Notes: generated by a model not told the origin, from the letters alone. A stretch of 64,000 nucleotides of DNA from Octopus vulgaris (GCA_951406725.2 OX597814.1:116498001-116562000); one strand, 5' to 3'; positions 24,349 to 38,394 are shown, numbered from the stretch's first letter. Numbers and translations are program-made.

Positions 24349-25399
24349 ATAATGAACAGTTTTACTGACTGGTAGAAGGAGCAGGTGGCACAGTATGAAG
24401 TCTTTTGAAGTGTCTTTTGACTCTCCAAGAGAACAATAGCCGTATCACAATTTACTTATATCAATTTGCTTTAAATATTATGTGTGCACCTTGGCGTGAG
24501 AGTGTAACATTGCTGAAATTCTGATTGAAGGAGCCTTTGATTGGCTATTTCTCTGTGACCGAGCAATTCTCTGAAGTACATAGCAACAATCATCACGATA
24601 CCAGCTCTTGCAGCAGTAAGAATCTCAACAACAACAGGATGTTCATTTTCAATTTTTGCCATTCACATTCATATTTATCTTACATTCTTCTGATATATTT
24701 CATTCTTAATTATTAAATACGTTCCAAAACCTCTTGTACTGGACATATTTCACTTGTGGACAATACGTTACACAAATAATACAAAATCTAATATTTTTCA
24801 GACGTCAAAAAGAATGTGTAAAAAAATCATAGGTGACGAATGATGATTTTATATAGATATATTATTCTAATTCTATTAGCCAGACATTCAGGCGATAATC
24901 CAAGTGAATTTTCGCAGGCATAATGATATATAGACTAATCATTGTAGTCGAGGCTTAGTGATGCTTATATATCTATGTGCACCAACATTGAAAATGTAAT
25001 TGTCTCAGAAAGAATTTAATTATGTTTCATCTCACGGAAGGAGTATAAAGCAATGCTATGTTATGCATACAATATTCTTTCAGAAAAAAGTTTGTCTTCA
25101 CCTGCTGTCTGTGAAATCTTTATGAACTTATTTGATACAAATAAATATTTGATACAATGCTGCAAATTTTCCAATAACATTGTTATATAAAGAATTCCAA
25201 GGAAAGAAGCTCTTATGACAAAGTATTTTTCAGAATCGAAGAAATACAATTATAAAGAAGAGTTCCAGATAATAGTAAGATATTGAATTATTATAGAAAT
25301 ATTGATTTCTCACACAAAAATATTTCAGTTATTTAAAATACAGACATCAGTAACTTTGTAACATCATCGCCATCACAACCATCGTTGTCATAAGCATCG

Positions 25400-25810
25400 T
25401 AATCAGTTTGATCCTTTCATTGTCGATGATACCAGTTTCCTTATGTAAAGTCCCAAGATGAGCTATCCTAAATGGTTCGCTCTCTGATCTATTGATTTCT
25501 GTTCTTGGTTGCTGTGATCCGCTTATGACTATTAAAGTTTTATCTTCTTATGTCGCAGATAACCACTGCCCTCCATCACATTCAGAGTCTTCTCTGATTT
25601 CTCGCATCTCTAACCAGGTTTGCATCGAGTATTTGTCCAGATAACCGAGGTTTCTATATTCTTTATACGTGCCCAGAACAACAAAGGCTTTAGTTGCATC
25701 AATCTCTTCCGTGATACGGAACTTCGCTTTATCTAAAATAACCGTGATCCTAAGTTTATTTTTCCTTTTGATGTTCATAATCTAAATAAGGTGTCTTCTC
25801 AGCAATGCCT
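25400..25810 (-). mobile_element. Possible RTE LINE linker-region fragment
   Basis: Minus-strand peptide ending ...GGQWLSAT resembles the RTE pWis.et linker; weak match. Confidence 0.3.
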
Positions 25811-25815
25811 GAAGA

Positions 25816-26703
25816 TATTTTGTCGTCCCATAAATAATAGGTTTTTTTTAATACTTATATTTTTAAAGATTAATATAAACAAAATTCCTTTTTAATCAAA
25901 AATATAATCCCCTTCATTCTCTACAATGCACTTCCATCTATCTGGTTGACTTGCAAAGCCCCTCTTCCGAAATTCCCTTGTCCATGACGAAAAATACACC
26001 ATTACTCCTCTGACCTCGTCTACAGAATTCATATATTTTCCGTCCAAATGATTTTGAAGAATGCAGAATAAATAATAATGCGATGGTGCAATGTCCGGCG
26101 AATATTGTGGGTGGAGCATTGTTTCCGATTCAAACTGCTTCAGCCGTTGGAATGTCATCTTCGCTGTATGGAACCGAGCATTATCCTGATGGGAGAACAC
26201 TATTCGTCTTGAAAGTAAAGATGGTCGTTTTTCTTATAGTGCTGACATAAGCCGCTCAAGTTGCTCGCAGTCGATCTCTTTTGTTACGGTTTTGTTTAGG
26301 TTTAAAGGTTCAAAGTGGACTAAACCTTTCATATACCCACCTGGATGACGCTCGTTTTCTAAGCTGTAGTTTCCAGCTGGGAATTTCTGGTACTACCGTT
26401 GACACTGGCTTGCACTTATTGTTTGATCCCCATATACTGCATTAATATTCCTCGCACTTTCCGATGCGTTGTTGCCTTCATTGAACTCATTAGGCAAAAT
26501 ATACCAAATATGCTCCTTTGTCACTTCCATTATAGCTTTGAAAAAATAACTGTTAAAATTGAACTGCATCGTCCAAAATTTGCACTGAGAATAAGGACAA
26601 CGTAAAATTACTGCCTACTTTTATAACAAATTGATACAGGTAGTTTATCCTTTACCCCTCCATGCAATTGAAAAATCTGCATTATTTATGGGATGACCCA
26701 ATA
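25816..26703 (-). mobile_element. Mariner transposon, internally deleted
   Basis: TIRs tattttgtcgtcccataaataat / attatttatgggatgacccaata with TA ends. ORF 25892-26200 reads HQDNARFH...HPQYSPDIAPSHYYLF (mariner YSPDLAPxD motif, catalytic D mutated). Confidence 0.85.
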
Positions 26704-26807
26704 TGTTTTTCATCCGTTTAGGATGTGCCGTTCACACTTCAGATGTTTGCAGTAGGGTGGATAATATCGCTGCTTAGTATAAGATGTACATCTTTTGTAC
26801 AGCAAAA

Positions 26808-27480
26808 TACAGAGTGGAGCAGAAAAATTCACAAAATAATTGATTTTAGCAGCAAACAAATTTTATTGACATCAATGTGTTTGTATTGAATTAGCATTTG
26901 TCAAAATCAAATGTGGAAAACAACATCCCTCATGTGGTGTCCGTTTCCATTGATGCATTTCTGAAGGTGTTCTTGGACGTTAGCCTCTACTCTCTCCAGC
27001 ATTGTTCTGTCGATTTGGGTGCCTTCCACGAAATTCTTTCAAATCGTCCAAGATACACACGTATCTTGAGGTTTCCCCACAAGCAACAATCACACATGGA
27101 CAAATCAGGGTAATGAAGGGGCTAAAGAATGTCAGCAAACCTGGAAATGAAGCGGTTACCAAAGAGATGGTGAAGCACTTTCATTGATGCTCTGACTGTG
27201 TGAGCCGCCTCACCATCCTTCTGAAACCACACACGTCGAATAAGCATACCGATGCCAAATTCAGCAGAATGCCCCCGTGCAGTACGATTCGGACTCCGAG
27301 TCAATTCTTGTCTGACGCGTTCCACATTTTCCGGGGTCCGTACCTTTCGTGGAGCCCCTACCCGGTCTCCTATTTATTAGTGTACCTCGTGAACGAAGTG
27401 CATTCACTAAACGTAAGATTGTGTTACGGGTGGGAACAGCTTAATTTCGGTGAATGTTGAAACTCACATTGAACTGCTGT
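26808..27480 (-). mobile_element. Tc1/mariner-superfamily (Tc3-like) transposase relic
   Basis: WFQKDGEAAHTVRASMKVLHHLFGNRFISRFADI, then P..YPDLSMCDCCLWGNLK; putative end tacagagtg at 26808. Confidence 0.7.
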
Positions 27481-28869
27481 GACAGACACGTTATTCTTCA
27501 CGTAACTGTCATAGGCAAACACCCGATGTTCTATCGTCCATAGCGTCATGGCTTCACCTGAGAGAGAAATAAATGGTACTTGTAGGACATGTGTCCCTCC
27601 CCCAGGGGCTGAGTAATAGCCATTTCAAGAACGTCCGTCCTCTCTGTCTCACTCTGTACTACATGTTCCACTGAGTATCTGTCTCCCTGTCTCTGTTTCT
27701 CTCGCAACCTTCTAAATGCCGAGCTAGCCCAGTTCACTCTGCGATATAATTTATCTCTGAGATTATAATCACAGATTGTTGTACCTCACAGATGATTAGA
27801 GTAACATGTGCCTTCTAGTTTCTGTGCTTCATTAACGATGGATGCAGGTCCTGGCATTTCGCATGCCTTTCGACTTGGTTGAAAGAGACAGACAGGTGAC
27901 CAAGGAAATATCTTGCGCAAGAACAAACCGCATCACCAGAGCCGGGGATCAAAACAACAATGTTGTGCACCTGAGTGCAACACTCTCACCAACACTTACC
28001 ATGACAGAACCCATCGTAATTATCCTTGAGTTGTAGAGTGCATCTGTCACCTGGTTTAATGATACTCTTTGGTTTATAACTGCCTATACTGGTACTCATT
28101 CTTTTGAAAATATTCAGATGAGATTGCAAACCGGGAATTACTAATCTTCCTCAGTTCAGGTTCAGCGACCAAGAAAAGATCACGAACGCTGCTTCTTCTT
28201 TTCTGAATAAGCCATAATAATAGATAAAAGTAAAAACATGCTGGCATAGATGCATTTAAATGCAATTACAATTATTAGAATATTTAAACGTATGAGGAAG
28301 AAGAGACAGCGGAAACGGAGCAGGGGGGAAAAGTGTGAACGGAGGGGAAGAGAAAGAGAACTGGAATTCCTTTTTAACATTTCGAGAACTCCCAACTCAT
28401 CTATCGATTAATCAATATTTGATATAGTTGCATAGTTATATCACATTTTTGTTGAATATGCGTTGTTTTTATATTTAAATTATTTAAAATGTATAATTCC
28501 AAAATACATTGAAGTAAATTATGCTAACTCCCAAATGACTAATTAAAATAATTATATTCTTTATAACGAGTTCAAATGGTTTCAGGTTGCATGTCATTCT
28601 TTCAAAGTAAATGTAATTTTGTTTCACTCGCTTCCACAGTTCAAGACTTTTTTTATCTCTTGTTTCTGTTTAATTAAGGAGTTGGATATAAATTATAGAT
28701 GCATAATTTTGCTTGGGGAAGTAACAAGTGTAGCTGTTTGCTTCTCAAACATGTTATAAGACCAGGCCAACCACAGATTTGTTAGTGGGTTTGATAGATG
28801 GAAACTGTAAGAAAGCTCGTTTGCGTTTCAGTTGTAATCAAAACAATTTTACATCAGTCTGATGGGTTA

Positions 28870-29390
28870 CCCAATATTTTCGTATTGTTAAAAATTTCTT
28901 CGTCGTAAACAAGATTACCTTTGATAGTGACGACGAAGTTTCGGGCATTCGCGCAGCAAAGAAACTTCGAAGGCGCTGTCAATAATAATCTTGTTTGACA
29001 ATTATTGCTCGAAATGATGATTAGATACACAACCGACAATTGATGAACGGTTGTTCGTTCTCCGGGTTACTTGTCCTGTTTTCCATTTTTCTCACATTAT
29101 TTGTGTATTTAACTCTTTTGTTTTCGTACTTCATGTTGTTCTCACAGTTGGTGACGTGCTGTAGCCCACTTAGATCCATTCTAACTATATTTTCTACTTT
29201 CCTGGGACTCCCTATATTTTTATGGTCTTTATTTTTTATGTTTATATCCTTATATTTCTATATTTTTATCATCTATGTCTTGAAACATACATTTGATTAT
29301 TTGAACGGAATAATATCTCTTGGCATACATCAAAATTATGAATCTGCTTCTCTGAATGTTTAAGACAAATATCTGAAATTTTTATCTTAT
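28870..29390 (-). mobile_element. Degraded Penelope-like GIY-YIG C-terminal fragment
   Basis: Minus strand KVENIVRMDLSGL.HVTNCENNMKYEN..VKY.NN.RK...ENEQPFIN, followed by a cccGAAActtcGTCgtc hammerhead-like half. Confidence 0.45.
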
Positions 29391-29395
29391 ACTAA

Positions 29396-29540
<145 letters not shown>

Positions 29541-29819
29541 GGTGTATGTATATGCATATATATATATACACATTCATCCATACACAATCACACACACACT
29601 CACGTCAACCATAAATTCTGGAGGTGTGAGAGAAGAATATAGATTTAGCTATTTTATTTTAATAAAATTCCTACCGCTTCCTAACGCTCTTCATGTAATA
29701 TTAACTTCGGTATGTTGTTGTTTATATTAATATGTATGTATGACCTTATACAATACAATTATATATTCATGAATTAATGCAAATAAAGAACACTAGATGA
29801 CCAGACAACCAGAACATCA

Positions 29820-30400
29820 TGATTACATCAACGATTCATAAGTTTACGTTGTACTATTTTGTAATTGGCTACTGCGATGACTGTTATTTGGATGCTGAAA
29901 TCTCACAGAAAATAATGGCAAGATGGCAGGCATATAATTCGATAAAAGATGTTCTCTAAACAAACTAGACTATGTCATAGGTGCCAGACTCTTCAATAGC
30001 ACCGTCGTACCTGCGCACTTATATATGCAAGTGAGACGTGGCTACTACAAAGAGAGCCATGGAAAGAATCATGCTAGGATTTTGACTAAGCGAGCACATT
30101 CGAAACAAGAAAATTCGAGAACGGATAAGAGTGAACCATGTACTCGCAGACAACCGAATGCACAAGATTTGCTGAGCCGGACATGTCGCTAGGTTCACAT
30201 ATAACAAGTGGTCCCATGAAGTTGGCGAGTGGTATCCAAGACATCGAAGAAGGCTTGGTAGGTTTCCGCTACGATGGGCAGACGATTTGGTCAAGCAATT
30301 TGGATGCAGAATGGTGCGATTGTATCCAGAATAATGCAATCAATTGAAAGCGCATAGTGACCGGAGACCAGCGTTGAAACAAACTGCATCTGATGACCTG
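29820..30400 (+). mobile_element. RTE-like LINE 3' fragment
   Basis: ARLFNSTVVPALIYASETWLLQ, RAMERIMLG, IRNKKIRERIRV, *AGHVARF, WYPRHRRRLGRFPLRWADDL. Confidence 0.75.
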
Positions 30401-30797
30401 GCCGATATTGTGAGATACATATATACATACATACAAACATACACACACGCACATATGCATAATGAATACATACGTGTATATATATGTGTGCGTGTTCACG
30501 TTTCTGTATGTGTGGGTGTGTGCGTGAGTGTATGTTTGTGTATTTGTGTATTTACATATATTTATATGTCGAATAGTTCCGTGTGTCCTTGAATCTTGGT
30601 TTGCTTCTGGTAAGTTGCCCTCCCAGGCTTTACCTAAACAACGTAGTTTACGAAAGAGCTATATCGACAGACGTTGCACTAATGTTGTCTTTAGAAAACA
30701 CGAATTGAACTGAACCGAGGAAGTTTTCGTCAGACGTCTCAAAATTCAGATCTTAATTGATCATGAAAGGACAAGAGAGAGGAGAAAGGACGAGTGA

Positions 30798-30829
<32 letters not shown>

Positions 30830-31150
30830 AAGAGGGAGAGAGAAAGATGGAGAGAGAAAGAGGGAGAGAGAAAGAGAGAGAGGGGGTGGCCTCTGAGAGA
30901 AAAGCAGGACAAATACAATAATCCTTTATATCCGGCATTCTAACGAGTTTGTCCCTCTGAAGTCTTACATATTTATCTTTTAGAACAATTGGGAATATTC
31001 GCATATATATTCAACACGGTAGAAAAGTACAAATCGAAACAGATTGTACTTATACATACATACATACATACATACATACACAAATGCATACATGCATGTA
31101 TGTATGTATGTATGTATGTATGTATGTATGTATGTATGTATGTATGCATG

Positions 31151-31210
<60 letters not shown>

Positions 31211-31224
31211 ATAACAAATTAAGG

Positions 31225-32271
31225 CGTGCCTGCGTTACATAAATAATATTTTCAGGATTAATTGAAAAGAAGACAACAGAAGCATAAATATGACATACCT
31301 ATATATATATATATATTAAAAAGTTGAGTTGTGGGGTATCGCACGAGTGGGATTATATAAGAAAAAAGGTTTGAAAATGCAATTTAAACGATGTTTATTT
31401 ACTTAACCGGTTTCACTCTTTGGTAAAAGATTGTCAAATGTAAAATTGAATAATATTGTCACATTACATGTATATATATACAGTCTTTGGTATATATATA
31501 CAATCTTTTGACAGCAAAAATTAAAATGGATTTTTTATACATCTCAGAATATTTTAAGTTGAAGGCGAGAATATGTTGTTACTGACCTGTTTGTTTTGGC
31601 AGAAAGGTTGAATTGAGAGAAAAAAGGTTGTACCCAGTGTGGTGTATACTTCCCCTTCAAGCATCAATGGTTTTGGGGTTATCAGGAGGTTAGTATGTGG
31701 GTGTGAATAGATGTGTCTGTGCGTGCTGGTCAAGCACGGGTACAACCTTTTTTCTCTCAATTCAACCTTTCTGCCAAAACAAACAGGTCAGTAACAACAT
31801 ATTCTCGCCTTCAACTTTAAATATTCTGAGATGTATAAAAAATCCATTTTAATTTTTGCTGTCAAAAGATTGTATATATATACCAAAGACTGTATATATA
31901 TACATGTAATGTGACAATTTGCGACAACCAATAATTAACGCAACCAAATTTCCAATAATATATTTGTTTTATCCTTTTCTGCCAATTTTTCCAAATATTC
32001 TCATCACACTATTGAACTTCTCTGTTACCAAACACTATATTTATACATGTAATGTGACAATTTTGTATAAAAAAACATTTTTGAATTCATAATATCCAAT
32101 GTGACAATTATGTAAAAAACTTTTTTGAATGCATAATATTCAATGTGACAATTATGTAAAAAACTTTTATGAACCCATATTATTCAATGTTACTTTTGAC
32201 AATCTTTTACCAAAGAGTGAAACCGGTTAAGTAAATAAACATCGTTTAAATTGCATTTTCAAACCTTTTTT

Positions 32272-32338
<67 letters not shown>

Positions 32339-32802
32339 AAAGAACATGTAATAAATAAGCAAACGAACATATGCTAAACCCACAGGTTACCAACCTCTCA
32401 TCAGTTATCGGTCAGAGGGTCATACGCAATTTCGGACATTATCGATAGAAACTGTTCTATGGACTATAGACACAATAAGGGTAGAGCGAGGAGCACAGAA
32501 ATCGTGACCAGTCCGGTTGGAGGCAAAGCGAAAAAAAGAATTACACCGCCTTACGTCGTCACAGGTCACGTGATTGTGGGAGGAGCGTAATAGAGAAAGA
32601 CAGAGGGAGAGAGAGACAGAGAGACAGAGAGAGAAAGAAAGAACATTAAGAGAAGCAAAGTAAAGGAAAGAGAGAGAGTAGCACAAGAATATTCCAAGAA
32701 TATTTCTACAAATGGCTAAAGAATTAAGATGTGCGTGGGTTACATAAATAATATTGTCAGGGTCAAATGAAAAGGAGGCAACAAACGGAAAATATTACAT
32801 AC

Positions 32803-32867
<65 letters not shown>

Positions 32868-33015
32868 ATTCACAAATATGTGTAGTAAATAAACAAACGA
32901 ACGTTTACTAAATATACAGGCAAACAAGAAAACACAGAAGGTCATCAACTCCTAATCAGTTATCGGGCATAGGGTCATACGCAATTTCGGCCATTATCGA
33001 TAATATTGTTTCGAC
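31225..33015 (-). mobile_element. Direct-repeat (tandem pLTR-like) element, interrupted by the 31354-32279 fold-back
   Basis: Block A 31225-31300 recurs at 32732-32805 and block B 32350-32448 recurs at 32887-33003; each A-B pair is separated by (TA)n. Block B has CTGATGA and GAAA on the minus strand. Confidence 0.6.
31354..32279. mobile_element. Large, young fold-back element with degenerate hammerhead
   Basis: Outer arms 31354-31440 / ~32197-32279 and inner arms ~31458-31635 / 31738-31918 are nearly identical. Plus arm: ttact tttgacaa tcttt-tacc-aaaga gt GAAA ccgg TTA agtaa. The right arm contains ~46-bp tandem repeats (32050-32190). Confidence 0.8.
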
Positions 33016-33016
33016 T

Positions 33017-33066
<50 letters not shown>

Positions 33067-33069
33067 TTA

Positions 33070-33105
<36 letters not shown>

Positions 33106-33174
33106 TATGTATATGCATATATATATATATACATATACATATACATACATACATATATACATACATGCATACAT

Positions 33175-33206
<32 letters not shown>

Positions 33207-33901
33207 GTACATACACATATGTGTATACCTCTGACGTTATATATACTTGTGTACACACATAAATTTACACAGACGCAGACACACACACACACACATATAT
33301 ATATATATGTATGTATGCTTACTTTTTAACAGCGCTCTTATATATTTCAATGTAACAGTAATCTAATATTAATAGACCTCTACTATTATCTCAGATGTAG
33401 TCTTTGGCAAGTTACATATACCTACCGTTCCTCGTCTCCAACCTTTTACAAACCGCTCACACGAAGAAAAGATAATATTAAATATTGCTATTTACGAAAT
33501 AAGTAATGAGAGTGATTTAAATAAACACCAAAAAAAAAATTACATCAGAGGGTGAGAAAAAGAATAAAGATTAATTGAATCTGGCAGTTAGTAAATACCC
33601 ACACGTCTGGAGTTCAAAGAGCAACAATACAGACTCAGAGGTCGAAACTACTAGAAAAATGTTAATAACTAGATTTTCTTGTAATTCAAGACACCATTGA
33701 CCAGTATACAGAATTACTTTATATATTAAACTGATAGGATAAAATTTCAAAGCAATGAAGAAACAAACAAACAATAGAAAGTGAAAGGAATCAAAGTAGA
33801 AAGAAAACATTGGAGGTTTATAATACACCCGAGTAAAAGCGTTTGCAACAGATTTTGGGGAACTGTATCAACGATCAGCTCAGAGAAGGCACTCGGGCAC
33901 G

Positions 33902-34347
33902 AGAATTTGAACTCAGAACGTAACGGCAGACGAAATACTTATTTCACAAGGGGCTAAACAAAAAGGGGACGAACAAGGACATATACACACGGATTAAGTC
34001 GATTATATCGACCTCAGTGCGTAACTGGTACCTATTTCATCGAACCCGAAGGATGAAAGGCAAAGTCGACCTCGGCAGAATTTGAACTCAGAACGTAACG
34101 GCAAACGAAATACCTGTTCCTTTATTACCCACAAGGGGCTAAACATAGAGAGGACAAACAAGGACAGACAAACGGATTAAATCGATTACATCGACCACAG
34201 TGCGTAACTGGTATTTAATTTACCGACCCCGAAAGGATGAAAGGCAAAGTTGACCTCGGCGGAATTTGAACTCAGAACGTAGCGGCAGACGAAATACTGC
34301 TAAGCATTTCGCCCGGCGTGCTATCTTTTCTGCCAGCTCGCAGCCTT
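33902..34347 (-). mobile_element. SINE family B, head plus tandem ~180-bp units
   Basis: gaatttgaactcagaacgta recurs at ~33903, 34078 and 34262; the head appears only once (34300-34347). Confidence 0.85.
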
Positions 34348-35013
34348 GAAGCAAGCTTCTTAATAAACAGACACGCCTGCGCTTCCACACAGCCGAGCTT
34401 GCAGCTGCACACAGCCATTGGTCTGTATACTCTACTTTTAGTATTCATACGACATGTGACCTTAAAAATCAATGTAAACACTATGAGAATAAAAGGGCAT
34501 AAATTTAAATGGGGAGAAGTGATTTCAGGTGAATGGATTACTGTAATTCTTTCTTACTGCATTCACAACAAGGGGCATAAACTAAATTAAATATGTTCAG
34601 CGTTATTTTGATTTTAACTCCTTGTTAAAAATTTTGGGAGCATTAGGTACATATAATTGATCGAAGAAAGCCAAGTACAAGGTTCCATCGATATTAAAAA
34701 GATGAAAGATGAAGATGGCTCTTTTCTAATTTTGATTTCAGATTATAAGACTCGTGATTAAATAGTTTAGGGTATAATTTATTTTCACACCGCTGATTAA
34801 ACTTCTCTACCACACTAATAGAAATATTGATTGGAGCGATGCATTTTGGGGACGATTTAGTTAACTGCACTAGGAATTATTTTACCGATTCCGGAGGGTA
34901 GTAAAGCAATATCGATTTATGTGTGACTGGAAAAATATAAATCTACATTAAATGTTTGACTGTCATACTCGTTACTTAGAATTTAAACATATATTCCAGG
35001 TACATATACAAAT

Positions 35014-35250
35014 GGAGGCACATGGCCTAGTGGTTAGAGCAGCGGACTCGCGGTCGAGGGATCGCAGGTTCGAATCAGACCGGGCGATGTGTGTTTATGA
35101 GCGAAACAGCTAAGCTCCACGCCACAACATTCTCTCACTGTTTCCTCCTGCATCTTGCTGCTCACCTGCGACAGACCAGCGTTCCGTCTAGGTGGGGAAC
35201 CTATACGTTAAGGAAAGTTATGAGCCAGGCATGGCTCGAGAAAGAACAAA
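35014..35250 (+). mobile_element. SINE family C
   Basis: Same head and tail as 21726, with internal deletions. Confidence 0.8.
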
Positions 35251-35482
35251 AAAAAACAAAAAAACATATACAACTGCAGACACCCACAAACACACACATA
35301 TACACACAAAAATTGTACAGACTGCAAAGGATTCTGATAACGTACGGGTAAGGCCACATTACTAATTACGACATTCCACTAGCAATCATGTTGATTCGAG
35401 CTGGATCCCATTTCGTGTCACGTTAGGTTTCAACCTTACGCTTGGGCGTAAGGTTGAAACCTTACGTGAGAGGAATTATACA

Positions 35483-36045
35483 TTCCAAAGGGAAGCCAAT
35501 ACACAACTGATTAGTTAAATTATCACCAGAACAAAGGTCGAAACCAGCTGGACACATGCACTGGCTATACGATCAACGCTATTCTAAAACGGATTTCAAA
35601 TGGACGCAACTAGAGCGAAAGCGTGAGAGATGAAGACCGAAAAGCTACATAGTGCAGAATATTCGTAACCAACACGAGAGAGACCAATATATATTTCTTT
35701 ACTACCCACAAGGGGTTAAACACAGACAGGACAGACAAGGACAGACAAAGGAATTAAGTCGATTACATCGACCCAGTGCGTGACTGGTACTTAATTTATC
35801 GACCCCGAAAGGATGAAAAGCGAAGTCGACCTCGGCAGAATTTGAACTCAGACGAAATACGGCTACGCATTTCGCCCAGCGTGCTAACGTTTCTGCCAGC
35901 TCGCCGCCTTATGAGAGACCATAGCATCAATATCACATGGATGGATGCCGAGTAAAACACAACCAGAAGAAAGCAGTGGCATCAATTTGAACTGAGACCG
36001 AAAAGGAATGCATATGGACACAAATATACGTCGACTGCTTAATAA
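35483..36045 (+). mobile_element. Degraded RTE-like LINE 3' fragment with nested SINE B (35690-35910, minus, TSD gagagacca)
   Basis: AGHMHWLYDQRYSKTDFKWTQLERKRER*RPK resembles the RTE W.GH...W...gkR.rGRPK motif. The SINE is flanked by gagagacca on both sides. Confidence 0.55.
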
Positions 36046-36746
36046 TTTCCCTTTGCATTCATGTTGAATCGAGCTGGATCCCATTTCGTGTCACGTTAGG
36101 TTTCAACCTTACGCTTGGGCTAGTCCAGTCACGTGAGAGGAATTATACAATGGGAAACTATTTGGAAGCCTGTAATTCAGAAGTGGGGAGATTTCACACG
36201 CTTTCTCATGCGAATGCTATTGGGTTATTACATTATAAGTGTAATAACTCGGCGGATTAGAAACTGATTCATTGAATAAGGATTCAGTTGCTAGATTAAA
36301 TTGAAAACACAATGTTGAAAATCGAAGAGACGTCAGTTAATGTGTTATTACAAATACCATGGGTTATATACGCATGTACAAATACTCGCTAAAACACTCA
36401 ACAACACACACAAACGCGCACAGACGCGGACACATACACACTCAGATACACACCCATAAATACACGTCGAGGGGCACGTGCTACATTGATGCAAACATGA
36501 GACCAGTAACAGATTTACAAAAAGAAAAAATTGACGTATAAAAACACATATGCAAATAGGTTTTATGTGCGAGAATACACATAGGCACATACACACACAC
36601 ACACACACGCACACACGTACACACATACACACATATAAAACGCTGGTAGAATTACAAAAGAAAATATATGTATTCATACAATTGCGCGCGCACGCATGTG
36701 TGTATGTATGCCCACGCAAGCGTGTTTGCGTGGGTGTACACACACT

Positions 36747-36778
<32 letters not shown>

Positions 36779-36781
36779 CAT

Positions 36782-36814
<33 letters not shown>

Positions 36815-36877
36815 CATACACACACAAATATATATATATATATGTGTGTGTATATATATATATATATATGCATTGTA

Positions 36878-36938
<61 letters not shown>

Positions 36939-37280
36939 AGGAAATGGTGGGGTATTAGATTATAGAGGATATCCAAAACTTCTAAAGATAATTGTGTGTG
37001 ATGTAAAAGTTATGTGTTTTAGATAGGGCAAACAACCATGACCAGATGTTGTTAGAATATTTACATAGTATGTTGTCCGAAAGATTTAATGTACCACCTC
37101 TTAAAGTCTCCCCACACACGCCATCTTTCCACCTTCCCACGCCTCCCACTCTCTTCTTACATATATGTGTGTGTGTGTATATGTATATATATATATATGT
37201 GTGTGTGTGCGTATATAGATATATATATATGCATATATATATTATATATATATGTATATCTATCTCTCTCTATATATGTG

Positions 37281-37360
<80 letters not shown>

Positions 37361-37444
37361 GATTATTGACAAAACAGAATGTTACGATCTTATCGATCTT
37401 GTCAAAATAATGTGGGACAGGATTAAATATAAGTGCGTAGCATG

Positions 37445-37487
<43 letters not shown>

Positions 37488-37646
37488 TACGTGTATATGT
37501 GTGTTTGTGTGTGTGCATGTGTGTGTGTAGGTGTGTGTATTATCGGAGGGACTAAATATTGAACACATAACAAGCGTGCAGAAGTGTTTGAAATGTAGAT
37601 TAGGATTTCTCGTCTGCCCCTTTCAAATACGGTGTTTTGTATTCAT

Positions 37647-37710
<64 letters not shown>

Positions 37711-37789
37711 GTATATGTATATACACGAGTGCAAAACAAGTAGGAAATTATACTCCTCGTATAATTTCTACAAAGGTAGAATAATTATA

Positions 37790-37950
37790 CGTTTTATTAA
37801 TACTGCAAAATTAACAAAAAAACTTTTTCTTAGAGTTTCGCGTTCCGATAGTTGTTATGAAAACTAGATTCAAGACAACTGTCTGACGAACGGGTACGTG
37901 AGACCCTCAGTAACAATTCTGTGCTAATTTTGCGGCTTTAATAAAATTTA
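37790..37950. mobile_element. Decayed fold-back hammerhead element (family of 49037)
   Basis: ttttattaa..gcaaaatta / taattttgc..ttaataaaa arms; aactgt-CTGACGA-acgggtacgt-gagaccctcag-TA-aca. Confidence 0.65.
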
Positions 37951-37957
37951 TATATAC

Positions 37958-38005
<48 letters not shown>

Positions 38006-38158
38006 ATAACAGAAATAAATAGATACTCTTATAATCATTAAAATTTCTTTCAAACTGAAATTATACATTTTATTTATTTATTATTGTAATACCTATTATA
38101 TACATTATATTATTCTTGTAATTTACTAATCTATACTTTTTAAATGTTATTTTAAGTT

Positions 38159-38239
38159 TAACTTTTCTATTGTATGTAATTTTGTAGATGGTGTAATTTA
38201 ATTATTCATTTTGAATTGATAAAAGATGGTTTTTTTCTA

Positions 38240-38281
<42 letters not shown>

Positions 38282-38362
38282 TTAAAAAAAAACACCTTTT
38301 ATCAATTCAAAATGAATAATTAAATTACACCATCAAGAAAATTACATATAATAGAGAAGTTA
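38159..38362. repeat. Inverted repeat centred on a (TA)n tract
   Basis: gatggtgtaatttaattattcattttgaattgataaaag (~38188-38226) vs cttttatcaattcaaaatgaataattaaattacaccatc (~38296-38334). Confidence 0.85.
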
Positions 38363-38394
<32 letters not shown>

